Source: a virus (taxonomy: Duplodnaviria > Caudoviricetes). From it: DNA of 30,155 bases. This document shows, in pieces, positions 1 through 7,415 of this stretch (positions are counted from its first letter, which is position 1; each line of letters starts with the position of its first letter). The notes below the pieces were generated by a model. The model did not search any database, was not told the DNA's origin, and saw only the letters and a list, made by a program, of their open reading frames with translations. The position numbers were made by a program, and so were the translations under genes. The stretch lies in the IMG/VR virus record IMGVR_UViG_3300032248_000627, positions 1 through 30,155 of that record. One strand, written 5' to 3'.

Positions 1-210
1 ATCACTGTCTACCACCAAGGCAAAGAATACTCTCTAGAAATGATTGCCAAAGAAGCCAAACTCTCCATCCTTGGACTGTATTACAGATGGATGAAGGGGA
101 TGTATGTGATCGACGATGACATGGCTTATCGATTACAGCAGCAGCGGTCCAAATATACTGGTAAGAAGAAAGACAACCCGCACACCTGGAAAACTGGTGA
201 ATTCCAATGA
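1..210 (+). CDS. 5'-truncated hypothetical protein with small HTH-like motif (HQGKEYSLEMIAKEAKLSILGLYYRWMKG)
   Basis: Frame 1 is open from base 1 to TGA at 208-210 and overlaps the next ATG (ATGA). The motif resembles the one in 458..976. Not in the ORF track. Confidence 0.65.
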   Translation: MTVYHQGKEYSLEMIAKEAKLSILGLYYRWMKGMYVIDDDMAYRLQQQRSKYTGKKKDNPHTWKTGEFQ

Positions 211-461
211 TGTTTGCCATCAACTGCTTGGTTGTCTTCGTCCTTATGTTCACATGCGATGTCATATGGGCTTTATATTTCCGATTTGTCAATAACAAAA
301 AAGCCTTGCCAGCAAGCATATGTGGTGTGCTGCTCTATCTATTTGGATCTGCGGTGACAATTAAATGGGTTGAGAACTCTATTTATTTGATTCCTGCTGT
401 GCTTGGTGCCTTTCTTGGAACGTACATTACTGTGACGGTAATGAAAAGGAGTGGATCATGA
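207..461 (+). CDS. small multi-pass membrane protein
   Basis: 84 aa with about 3 hydrophobic segments and a C-terminal GAFLGTY; ATGA coupling at both ends. Confidence 0.75.
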   Translation: MMFAINCLVVFVLMFTCDVIWALYFRFVNNKKALPASICGVLLYLFGSAVTIKWVENSIYLIPAVLGAFLGTYITVTVMKRSGS

Positions 462-976
462 ACCTGGTCGAGGAAGCAATTAGACTCCACGTTACGATGC
501 CGATTTTAAAATCATGGGTGGAACGTGATGGTGGTAAGCTTTCCGATGCCAGGCAACCAGTCCCATACTCCCATAGGGATTTCGTGATCACCGATGTGAA
601 TGGGGTTTCCCACACCATCCGTGAGTGGGCCACAATCAAGACAGTCTCGCCCTACTCAATATTCACCCGGTGGTTTCATGCCCGAGGGAAATGGAACTCA
701 TCTCGCATCGAGCCAAGCAAATGGACCAGGGATGACCTGCCCACGCCCAATCATCAAGAAGTGGCCCTAGAACCAACGATCCCTGATGAGCAGCACGATA
801 CGCTGTCCATGGTGCTATCGTGCCTTGGAGGTGCCATTTTGGGCCATCAATGGGGATGCCCGTACATTCCCACCGAAGAAGAATTACAGTCTATGGCAAT
901 GATTGGCAAATTGAATATTTACGCCCCTGCCATCACCAGATTATTTGCCACATTTATGGGAGGTATTAAACATTAA
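458..976 (+). CDS. hypothetical protein with HTH-like DNA-binding motif
   Basis: NGVSHTIREWA...SIFTRW resembles the G-x-x-x-T-I-x-E-W-A small DNA-binding motif seen in phage proteins; GGAG upstream. Confidence 0.65.
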   Translation: MNLVEEAIRLHVTMPILKSWVERDGGKLSDARQPVPYSHRDFVITDVNGVSHTIREWATIKTVSPYSIFTRWFHARGKWNSSRIEPSKWTRDDLPTPNHQEVALEPTIPDEQHDTLSMVLSCLGGAILGHQWGCPYIPTEEELQSMAMIGKLNIYAPAITRLFATFMGGIKH

Positions 977-1433
977 ACGAGATGTTGACCTACGATTCAC
1001 CCTGCTGGACTGCAAGATCTTGTTCCACTGCCGCATTCCCCTTGGACCGACCACTAACAAAATGTACATGCCGGTTGCAACTCGAGGGAAATCCAGGTTC
1101 GTCCGCACCAAAGAATATAAAGCCTGGCAGCAGTTAACCGAGTTGGTCCCCATCTCTGAGTCAGTGCGAGCAGGTCCAATAGGAAGCCCGGAAAACCCCG
1201 TGGGAATCATGCTGGTGGTCCATGGTCATGACATCGACATTGATAATTGCGCCAAGGCCCACATCGATTTTCTGGTTCGGCGCGGGATAATCACAGACGA
1301 TGACATCAGCGTGGTTAAAGCTGTTCTGGTATTTGCTGGTTCGCCCTTGCAGCGCAACCAGTGTATCGAGATAGTGGTCTATCCTGCTTCCGAATTCAAT
1401 TGGCACGATGAGCAGCGAAAATTTATATTTTAA
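945..1433 (+). CDS. rusA: RusA-like Holliday junction resolvase (start uncertain)
   Basis: PTTNKMY ... YKAW ... DIDNCAKAHIDFL...GIITDD matches the RusA DxDNxxKxxxD...DD catalytic pattern. Confidence 0.8.
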   Translation: MPHLWEVLNIKRDVDLRFTLLDCKILFHCRIPLGPTTNKMYMPVATRGKSRFVRTKEYKAWQQLTELVPISESVRAGPIGSPENPVGIMLVVHGHDIDIDNCAKAHIDFLVRRGIITDDDISVVKAVLVFAGSPLQRNQCIEIVVYPASEFNWHDEQRKFIF

Positions 1434-1445
1434 ATTGGTGATGCA

Positions 1446-1598
1446 ATGAATTCAAAAGATTTAAATGATTTTCATGCCATAATCGAGATGCTGCGATATA
1501 CTAGGGAAATGTGGGACCATGCTGATAACGAGGCACGGTTCGCATGGCTGGAATGGTGCGAGTGGAGAGTGAGAGAGGTCAAGAGGAGGATAGGATGA
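1446..1598 (+). CDS. small hypothetical protein (50 aa, MNSKDLNDFHAIIEMLRY...)
   Basis: Hand-translated; fills the gap and its TGA overlaps the ATG of the MTase. Confidence 0.6.
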   Translation: MNSKDLNDFHAIIEMLRYTREMWDHADNEARFAWLEWCEWRVREVKRRIG

Positions 1599-2176
1599 GA
1601 GTTTTAGTTGCATGTGAATATAGTGGCACAGTCAGAGATGCGTTCATTCGAGCTGGTCACGAAGCTTTGAGTTGCGATTTGTTACCTACGGATGTGAGTG
1701 GCCCTCATTTTCAAGGCGATGTAAAAGAAATAATTAATGATGGTTGGGATTTGATGATCGCCCATCCTCCTTGTACTTATTTGTCTGTGTCTGGTATGCA
1801 CTGGACAACACGAGGATTGCGTGACCCGCAATTGACTGAGGATGCGTTGGCGTTTGTACAGTGCCTAATGGATGCTCCTATCGAACGCATTGCCATTGAA
1901 AACCCGATCAGCATTATCAGCAGCCGCATACGCAAGCCCGACCAGATCATTCAACCGTGGTGGTTTGGCCATGATGCAAGCAAAAAGACTTGCCTGTGGT
2001 TAAAAAACTTGCCGCTGCTAACACCCACCGATCTGCTGCCAGGTGACTCAAAGACACGCAGAGCCAACCAGACTGCCAGCGGCCAGAATAAACTGCCTCC
2101 GTCTAAAGACCGTTGGAAGATTCGATCATCCACATATAGAGGCATTGCAGATGCAATGGCAAAGCAATGGAGTTAG
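1595..2176 (+). CDS. phage DNA cytosine-C5 methyltransferase-like protein (short form)
   Basis: MRVLVACEYSG (motif I variant), AHPPC (catalytic PC), IENP (motif VI), C-terminal GIADAMAKQW; GAGGAGG upstream supports a start at 1595. Confidence 0.85.
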   Translation: MRVLVACEYSGTVRDAFIRAGHEALSCDLLPTDVSGPHFQGDVKEIINDGWDLMIAHPPCTYLSVSGMHWTTRGLRDPQLTEDALAFVQCLMDAPIERIAIENPISIISSRIRKPDQIIQPWWFGHDASKKTCLWLKNLPLLTPTDLLPGDSKTRRANQTASGQNKLPPSKDRWKIRSSTYRGIADAMAKQWS

Positions 2177-2194
2177 AAATGGAGATTAGTCGAA

Positions 2195-2431
2195 ATGCTT
2201 GAGCCAATCAGACTGGAACCCAAATCAATATATGACCGTGCGATCACGCATGTTTCAGATAAAAATGTTGCAACATATTCCTATTGGCTTCTCGTGGAAT
2301 GTGCTGCGGAACAATGCGAAGTGGACGTTCCAGATGCGATGGATTGGGTTGATTTCAATATTGTTGGCTTGCAAGCAGGAAGCGATGACAGGTTCAAAAT
2401 TGACTACGGTGTGAGGGATGAACATGAATGA
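2195..2431 (+). CDS. hypothetical protein
   Basis: 78 aa ORF with GGAG upstream; ATYSY...DAMDWVDFNIVG pattern resembles small phage proteins. Confidence 0.65.
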   Translation: MLEPIRLEPKSIYDRAITHVSDKNVATYSYWLLVECAAEQCEVDVPDAMDWVDFNIVGLQAGSDDRFKIDYGVRDEHE

Positions 2432-2621
2432 CTGGAAAGCATCCTACTTTGATCTCATGGAACGCTCAGTCCGCAAGATTGAATTGCTTGAAGAGGAATT
2501 GCAGCAAATAAAACAAGCGATTAAAGACAATTGCTGTGTCGAATTAAATGGTGAATTGATGGCTCAGGATTGGGCAGCAGGTTTTATTGAACTGAACAGG
2601 CACAAACGGGGTGGTGTATGA
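2418..2621 (+). CDS. hypothetical coiled-coil protein
   Basis: Overlapping gene packing; helical E/Q/K-rich segment. Confidence 0.6.
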   Translation: MNMNDWKASYFDLMERSVRKIELLEEELQQIKQAIKDNCCVELNGELMAQDWAAGFIELNRHKRGGV

Positions 2622-2788
2622 TTAGTGACGCAGAATTGGCCCTAGTGCGTCAGAAGGCAGTGGTTGAGCCTGATTCCTTGGTGGATGAAATTGTGCGGCT
2701 CAAAGAGGCAATTCGAGGTCACAGGGATCAAAAGCATTTGCGGTATGACACACTAGATGTTGTTCTGTGGGCACATGTCGATGAATAA
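2618..2788 (+). CDS. small hypothetical protein (56 aa, MISDAELALVRQKA...)
   Basis: Hand-translated; ATGA-coupled to the upstream gene and overlaps the next start; not in the ORF track. Confidence 0.65.
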   Translation: MISDAELALVRQKAVVEPDSLVDEIVRLKEAIRGHRDQKHLRYDTLDVVLWAHVDE

Positions 2789-3014
2789 TCCAATACAACC
2801 ATCACATTACCAGTCCAGGGATGAATCTGGTATTGAATGTTGCGATGCTCAACGTGCCATGTTGGGTGTTGATGGGTATTGTGCGTACCTTGCTGGAATG
2901 GTCATCAAATATACTTGGCGGTATGAGCAGAAGAATGGTCTGGAAGACCTCAAAAAGGCTCGCCAGTGCGTTGAAATGTTGATCAGGGAAATTGAGGTGC
3001 GAAATGCTAACTGA
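2781..3014 (+). CDS. DUF3310 (SaV-like) family protein
   Basis: PSHY...GIEC...G-x-VIKY-x-WR...KNGLEDLKKA signature. Confidence 0.85.
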   Translation: MNNPIQPSHYQSRDESGIECCDAQRAMLGVDGYCAYLAGMVIKYTWRYEQKNGLEDLKKARQCVEMLIREIEVRNAN

Positions 3015-3219
3015 CGGCATAGAGCATGAGCTACAGAATTTTGTTAGCCCAAGGGAAATGGCTAAGTCCCTCGGTTTGTCAGTTGAACGGCTCGGTAGAA
3101 TAATAAGAGAAAAGAAGCTGCTCAAACCAATTGAGTTATTTGGAAAGTTCGGGCGATTCTGGTACGTCGAACGGGCCGTTGAGGTTTTTGATAAGATAAG
3201 GAGCATACATGCTAACTGA
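3004..3219 (+). CDS. small HTH DNA-binding protein (excisionase/MerR-like)
   Basis: VSPREMAKSLGLSVERLGRII HTH followed by P...GRFW; GAGGTG upstream of ATG 3004. Confidence 0.7.
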   Translation: MLTDGIEHELQNFVSPREMAKSLGLSVERLGRIIREKKLLKPIELFGKFGRFWYVERAVEVFDKIRSIHAN

Positions 3220-3802
3220 TGAATCTTTTGGTGTTGCTGAAGCGGGTGTCTTTAGGACTGTTCAAGGTGAGGGTAATCTGTTAGGTATACCCATGGTTTT
3301 TGTTAGGCTTTCTGGATGCTCTGTCGGTTGTTCAAATTGTGACACGAATTACAAGCCATTTAAAAACCAATCCAAATCTTCATTGATTCAAGTAGTGTGT
3401 TCGCATTTGTCTGGAATTGATTGGATATGGATAACTGGTGGAGAACCTGTGGATCAAGACATCAGATCGCTTGTTCTGGCAATGCAATTGCTTGGGAGGG
3501 TTGCGGTTGCTACCTCTGGAATAACCGAAATGCCGATACGGCCAGATTTTCTTTCAGTCAGCCCGCACTTTAGTCCGTTAAAATTAAAACAAATCACTGG
3601 TGACCAAGTAAATTTGGTGCCAGAGCTTGGTGGGTTGGATTTGAATGAATGGAAAAGATTTGATTTTTCTGGATTCAAACATAGATACGTTACACCATTG
3701 TTTGGTAGTAAAAAGTCAATGGATTTGTGCATGGATTTCATTGATTTCAATAAAGAATTTAAGCTTGGTGTTCAAGCGCACAAACAATGGAACATAAGAT
3801 AA
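3209..3802 (+). CDS. queE: 7-carboxy-7-deazaguanine synthase-like radical SAM protein
   Basis: F-x-T-x-QGEG...G-x-P-x-x-FVRLSGC-x3-C-x2-CDT, ITGGEP, SVSP, C-terminal QAHK; AAGGAG RBS. Confidence 0.9.
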   Translation: MLTDESFGVAEAGVFRTVQGEGNLLGIPMVFVRLSGCSVGCSNCDTNYKPFKNQSKSSLIQVVCSHLSGIDWIWITGGEPVDQDIRSLVLAMQLLGRVAVATSGITEMPIRPDFLSVSPHFSPLKLKQITGDQVNLVPELGGLDLNEWKRFDFSGFKHRYVTPLFGSKKSMDLCMDFIDFNKEFKLGVQAHKQWNIR

Positions 3803-4500
3803 TGGATGTCTACCTAGCCAGTCCAAATAACCAAGTTCAAGCAGCAGCAGCAATTGACATGCCTGTGTTATTTTCATTTGCTTGTTATTCCCCTTGGCTG
3901 GATAGTTATCAGCAAAGTTTTGGGAAGCTGCTGATTGACTCCGGCGCATATTCGGAGTTCACTTCTGGGAAAAAGGTTTGCGTTGAATCCTATGCTGATT
4001 GGTCATGCAAATGGAAACAACATGCTGAGGCTATTGCTGGTGTCGATGATATTGCTGGTGATTGGAGAAAGAGTTTACGCAATTACAACGCCATTCCATA
4101 TACATTCCCAACTATTCATGATTCTGATCCACCAGAATTGTTAAAAGATTTGGTTGATATGTGTATTGAGAGAAAAACGTGGTTGGGTTTGGGATTGACA
4201 TTACCCAGGCAAGGGAAAGAGAATTTTGTTCGCTGGGTATGTGATAACGTGCCAGAGAAAATACACATACACGGATGGGCTTGTCGTGCATATACCAGCG
4301 TCAGGAGATTGGATTCCGTTGATTCAACTAATTGGTGGCGAGATGCCTTCGCATTAAGAGTCAAACATGAATTATCTCATCTAACCTACGCAGAATGTTT
4401 AGAAATAATTGTGAAACGATATAAAAGATGGGATAGAATTGTTGAAGATAGAAAAAGTTCAACTGATTGCGAACCCAGTTTGTTTGATGGAATTGAATGA
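3802..4500 (+). CDS. dpdA: TGT-fold transglycosylase, DpdA-like (7-deazaguanine DNA insertion)
   Basis: LIDSGAYS, D-x-I, PTIH, IHIHGW and SVDSTNW motifs of TGT-like barrels; TAATG-coupled to queE. Confidence 0.7.
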   Translation: MDVYLASPNNQVQAAAAIDMPVLFSFACYSPWLDSYQQSFGKLLIDSGAYSEFTSGKKVCVESYADWSCKWKQHAEAIAGVDDIAGDWRKSLRNYNAIPYTFPTIHDSDPPELLKDLVDMCIERKTWLGLGLTLPRQGKENFVRWVCDNVPEKIHIHGWACRAYTSVRRLDSVDSTNWWRDAFALRVKHELSHLTYAECLEIIVKRYKRWDRIVEDRKSSTDCEPSLFDGIE

Positions 4501-4503
4501 AAA

Positions 4504-4677
4504 ATGGATGATATTGTTGCCAAGATTGAACGTGCCTGGCATTCCGACAACCTCGGAAGCCATTGGCATGACTGTCACCTGTCACACAGGGACTGTGCGA
4601 TCAAGGTGCTGATCGACGAGGTACGGAAGCTTCGCAAGATCATATCAGAAATGGATAAGGTTCATGATCATGACTGA
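4504..4677 (+). CDS. small His/Cys-rich hypothetical protein (57 aa)
   Basis: Hand-translated MDDIVAKIERAW...HWHDCHLSHRDCAIKVLIDEVRKLR; not in the ORF track. Confidence 0.65.
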   Translation: MDDIVAKIERAWHSDNLGSHWHDCHLSHRDCAIKVLIDEVRKLRKIISEMDKVHDHD

Positions 4678-5287
4678 AAGAGATGGAATCAAAGTCGATG
4701 TGCCATGGTGTAATTCTTTGTTTCATGAAGAATATAAAGTGGAGGTGGCATCAATTACCACACCAAAGCAACTGCTTGTACAGAAGGTTGAAAATGTTTT
4801 TGCAAACGAATGGTGTTTGAGGCATCATTACTTGAAAAGGAAGCTGTACATAGCAAGAAACGTAAGCTATGGAATTTTTAAAAATGGCTTATGTTTCGGT
4901 GTAATTGTTTTTGGGTATCCAGTTTGGACACAATACAAAGGCATAGTTCCACCACATCAACCTGGTGAAGTCCCAGAGCTACTCAGGCTTTCAACGGTTT
5001 CTGGACTGCCCAAGAACACAGAGAGTTTTTTTTGTGCAAAAGCATTCAGGCTGCTTAGAATTGATTGGAAGACTGAGACAGGATTTGCACCAAAAGTAAT
5101 TACAAGTCTGTGTGACTTGTCTCAAGGATTCAATGGTTCTCTTTATAAAGCCCTGAACTTCACAGAACATAGTAGGGGCAAAATTGGTAGACCATCAAAT
5201 CCAGGGGGTAAGCATGGGAAATGGGGCGGTAATACGGACAAAACGGTGGCCGAGAAGATTATGTACATACTCAATTTGAGGAGGTGA
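4664..5287 (+). CDS. mom: Mom-like GNAT-fold DNA (adenine) modification protein
   Basis: HHYL...GVIVFGYP...ELLRL...KNTESF...ITSLCD...G-x-LYKALNF follows the motif order of the Mu Mom family. Confidence 0.75.
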   Translation: MIMTERDGIKVDVPWCNSLFHEEYKVEVASITTPKQLLVQKVENVFANEWCLRHHYLKRKLYIARNVSYGIFKNGLCFGVIVFGYPVWTQYKGIVPPHQPGEVPELLRLSTVSGLPKNTESFFCAKAFRLLRIDWKTETGFAPKVITSLCDLSQGFNGSLYKALNFTEHSRGKIGRPSNPGGKHGKWGGNTDKTVAEKIMYILNLRR

Positions 5288-5291
5288 CCCT

Positions 5292-5606
5292 ATGTTTGAA
5301 CAGATTGTCGCATATGGTATGCGGATGATTCTTGGGACCGCTCGCAGCCCTCACTGGACAGCCATCAGGACCAGGTTTATCAAGGGCAAGACCTGTGCTG
5401 CCTGTGCTTCTGATCGTGCCCTGGAAGCCCACCACAAGACCCCGGTTCATGTGTGGCCAGAAGGTGAATTGATCGAGGACAATTTAGTGGTGCTGTGCAG
5501 GGATTGTCACTTCACATTTGGCCACCTGAGAGATTGGTCCTCTTGGAATGTCAATGTGGATAAAGATTGTCTTGAGTACCTGAAAAAGATTGAATCAAGG
5601 CCATAA
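5292..5606 (+). CDS. HNH endonuclease
   Basis: CAAC...EAHH-x-x-P...NLVVLCRDCH; GGAGGTG RBS. Confidence 0.9.
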   Translation: MFEQIVAYGMRMILGTARSPHWTAIRTRFIKGKTCAACASDRALEAHHKTPVHVWPEGELIEDNLVVLCRDCHFTFGHLRDWSSWNVNVDKDCLEYLKKIESRP

Positions 5607-5729
5607 CGGAAATCGCACCACTTTGGAAATCACTAGATTTTGAAATGCGTTTTTTCTGGGAGAAATACCCAATGCGGAAATCAGGGTGTGCGAGGAAATC
5701 ATCAATTTTGAAAATGCGTTTTTTCTGGG
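5607..5729. repeat. two imperfect ~68-bp direct repeats containing 4x GGAAATC and 2x TTTTGAAA(A)TGCGTTTTTTCTGGG
   Basis: Copies start at about 5607 and about 5675; read directly from the sequence. Confidence 0.8.
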
Positions 5730-5799
5730 GCGTTTTTGGAATTTAGGCTAAAATAATTGAGAGAGTACTGTTGGCAATTGAGGCAAGTTTTCACCTGGA

Positions 5800-6096
5800 G
5801 TGCAGATCATGATGGGACAGTTTGGTTCGGAACAATATGACAATGATGGTCAAGACGGCTACGACAAATTGACTGAGAAATTGAGAAGAATAATGGACAG
5901 TAAACCCAAGAAAATGTGGTGGGAATCCTGGGTGAGATTGGCTGTGTTTCCGTTGAAAATTGTTGTTTGGTGCGTTGCGATGGTTGTGGCAGCAGTCATC
6001 TCGATTCTATTCGTGTTGCCAGTGCTTATTGGGCACTATTCCTGGGTGCAATTGAAGAAAGAATTGCAGGAATTGATCCACAGTTTTAAGGAATAA
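5800..6096 (+). CDS. membrane protein
   Basis: Long hydrophobic stretch; GGAG upstream of ATG 5809 (probable start). Confidence 0.65.
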   Translation: MQIMMGQFGSEQYDNDGQDGYDKLTEKLRRIMDSKPKKMWWESWVRLAVFPLKIVVWCVAMVVAAVISILFVLPVLIGHYSWVQLKKELQELIHSFKE

Positions 6097-6178
6097 TTGG
6101 CAAGATTTTTAGCAGATTTTTGGTGAGAATTTTTAGGATTTTTTTTTTGGCGGAATTTTTCAGCAGCGCAGCTCCTAA

Positions 6179-6268
6179 ATCTCGCCCACCTATCCCATCT
6201 CGCCCATCTCGCCCACCTATCCCATCTCGCCCATCTCGCCCACCTATCCCATCTCGCCCATCTAGCCC
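6179..6268. repeat. 27-bp tandem repeat x3 (ATCTCGCCC-ACCTATCCC-ATCTCGCCC), built from 9-mers
   Basis: Exact copies at 6179, 6206 and 6233, plus a degenerate 9-mer. Confidence 0.95.
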
Positions 6269-6319
6269 ATCCTGCGCCTCTTGCCTATCTACCCTACCTT
6301 GCCTATCTTAACACTAGGC

Positions 6320-6413
6320 GCACGCCAGTACTGCACGCACGCCTACCGCACGCACGCACGCCTACCGCACGCACGCACGCCTACCGCACGCACGCACGCC
6401 AGTACTGCACGCA
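6320..6413. repeat. 19-bp tandem repeat x3 (GCCTACCGCACGCACGCAC) bracketed by two 20-bp GCACGCCAGTACTGCACGCA copies
   Basis: Units at 6341, 6360 and 6379; brackets at 6320 and 6394. Confidence 0.95.
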
Positions 6414-6445
6414 ATAAAAATAGGCTAGCCAATATTGGCTAGCCT
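6413..6445 (-). terminator. intrinsic terminator of the minus-strand operon
   Basis: Perfect 24-bp palindrome AGGCTAGCCAATATTGGCTAGCCT (6422-6445) followed on the minus strand by ATTTTTATT, 26 bp past the stop at 6472. Confidence 0.8.
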
Positions 6446-6471
6446 TAAGCTTGTTAATTGTTGCCGATCGA

Positions 6472-7299
6472 TTAAATAATCATGCCACTAGTGGTATAAT
6501 TGCGTATGAAACCATATGAATCTACTTTCAAGGCAATTCCTTTCGCTTTCAAGGCCACTATACAATTCTTTGGATCGATGAATCTTAAATCATTCTTGTC
6601 ACCATCAACAACTGGAACGGAAAGCCAAGGATTGACAAACAATTCACCATCTTTCAAGATTCTATAGTACGATTCTGGGAAGAAAGGAATTGCAAGGCTA
6701 AGATCTTTATTGTGATCTTGAGATGATTCAAACAATTCAATAGGGCATTCATCTTCGGAAAGCGAGTAGGTAAGATGATAATTGTTTGGTAATTGTTTGT
6801 ATTGGAATTTAAGATAATAGTTGTAATCTTTGGTATAATCATAAAACTGCACACTAGGAAAGGAATCGATGATAGATTCCCATTTAATATCAGAAAGGCC
6901 GTTAAGTCTAATAGCTGGAACCAGAGAAAGCTTATCGGCCTTTCTCAACATGGATTCTATTTCTTTCCGTAGTTGGTTTAAGAATCCGGTCTTATCGGTT
7001 AACAACTGAAAGGTACGTTTCATTCTTCCCGTTATTGTGTCATTCTTTCCAGCCGATACGCTTTCCATTCTTAGCCTACCCGATTCTTTTAAGCATACTG
7101 CTCTACAACCTTTACTTGAGAAACCGCACAAGTTTACTCCGGAACCATCCGATGGTTCCAGATAAACAATTCCAGTAAGATAGCCAACCTCATGGCCTTT
7201 TACGGTTTTGGCATTAGAATCAACGCCAAGTATATAACTTGCTTTCCCGTGAGATTCTAGCGACTCTACCATGTTAAGCTTAAGACTTGCAATTCCCAT
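6472..7299 (-). CDS. GP88-like phage protein with C-x6-C-x3-C motif (possible Fe-S / radical-SAM-like)
   Basis: NAKT-x-K, NLCGFSSKGCRAVCL, IRLNGLSDI-x-W, QFYDYTK, NYHLTYS, DGD-x-x-DLRF-x-D, LKAKG; start moved to ATG 7299 because of the RBS motif. Confidence 0.8.
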   Translation of the reverse strand: MGIASLKLNMVESLESHGKASYILGVDSNAKTVKGHEVGYLTGIVYLEPSDGSGVNLCGFSSKGCRAVCLKESGRLRMESVSAGKNDTITGRMKRTFQLLTDKTGFLNQLRKEIESMLRKADKLSLVPAIRLNGLSDIKWESIIDSFPSVQFYDYTKDYNYYLKFQYKQLPNNYHLTYSLSEDECPIELFESSQDHNKDLSLAIPFFPESYYRILKDGELFVNPWLSVPVVDGDKNDLRFIDPKNCIVALKAKGIALKVDSYGFIRNYTTSGMII

Positions 7300-7359
7300 T
7301 GTTCTATTCCTATTCCTATTCTTATCGAAACTAGCCAACTATGAAATATAATTGGCATT

Positions 7360-7408
7360 GAAATAGTCGGATTCGAACCGATACAGCTAGCCTAGTCTAG
7401 CCTATTTC
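7360..7408 (-). ncRNA. truncated tRNA-like structure (7-bp closing stem, one hairpin, T-arm with GGTTCGAATCC)
   Basis: GAAATAG/CTATTTC stem; GCTAG-ACTAGG-CTAGC hairpin; TCGG-TTCGAAT-CCGA T-loop hairpin; intergenic. Confidence 0.55.
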
Positions 7409-7415
7409 CGATTAG

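Noticed and set aside
6120-6311. 63-aa + strand ORF with SRPPIP repeats
   Set aside because: By-product of the 27-bp DNA repeat; TTG start with no RBS
6179-6413. Possible CRISPR array
   Set aside because: Repeats are directly tandem with no unique spacers, and no cas genes are present
7300-7338. N-terminal extension MASFDKNRNRNRT of the GP88-like ORF
   Set aside because: It is the translated RBS repeat; ATG 7299 is the better start
7360-7408. Full tRNA gene
   Set aside because: Only 49 nt, one arm missing, no 7-nt anticodon loop and no adjacent CCA; kept only as tRNA-like
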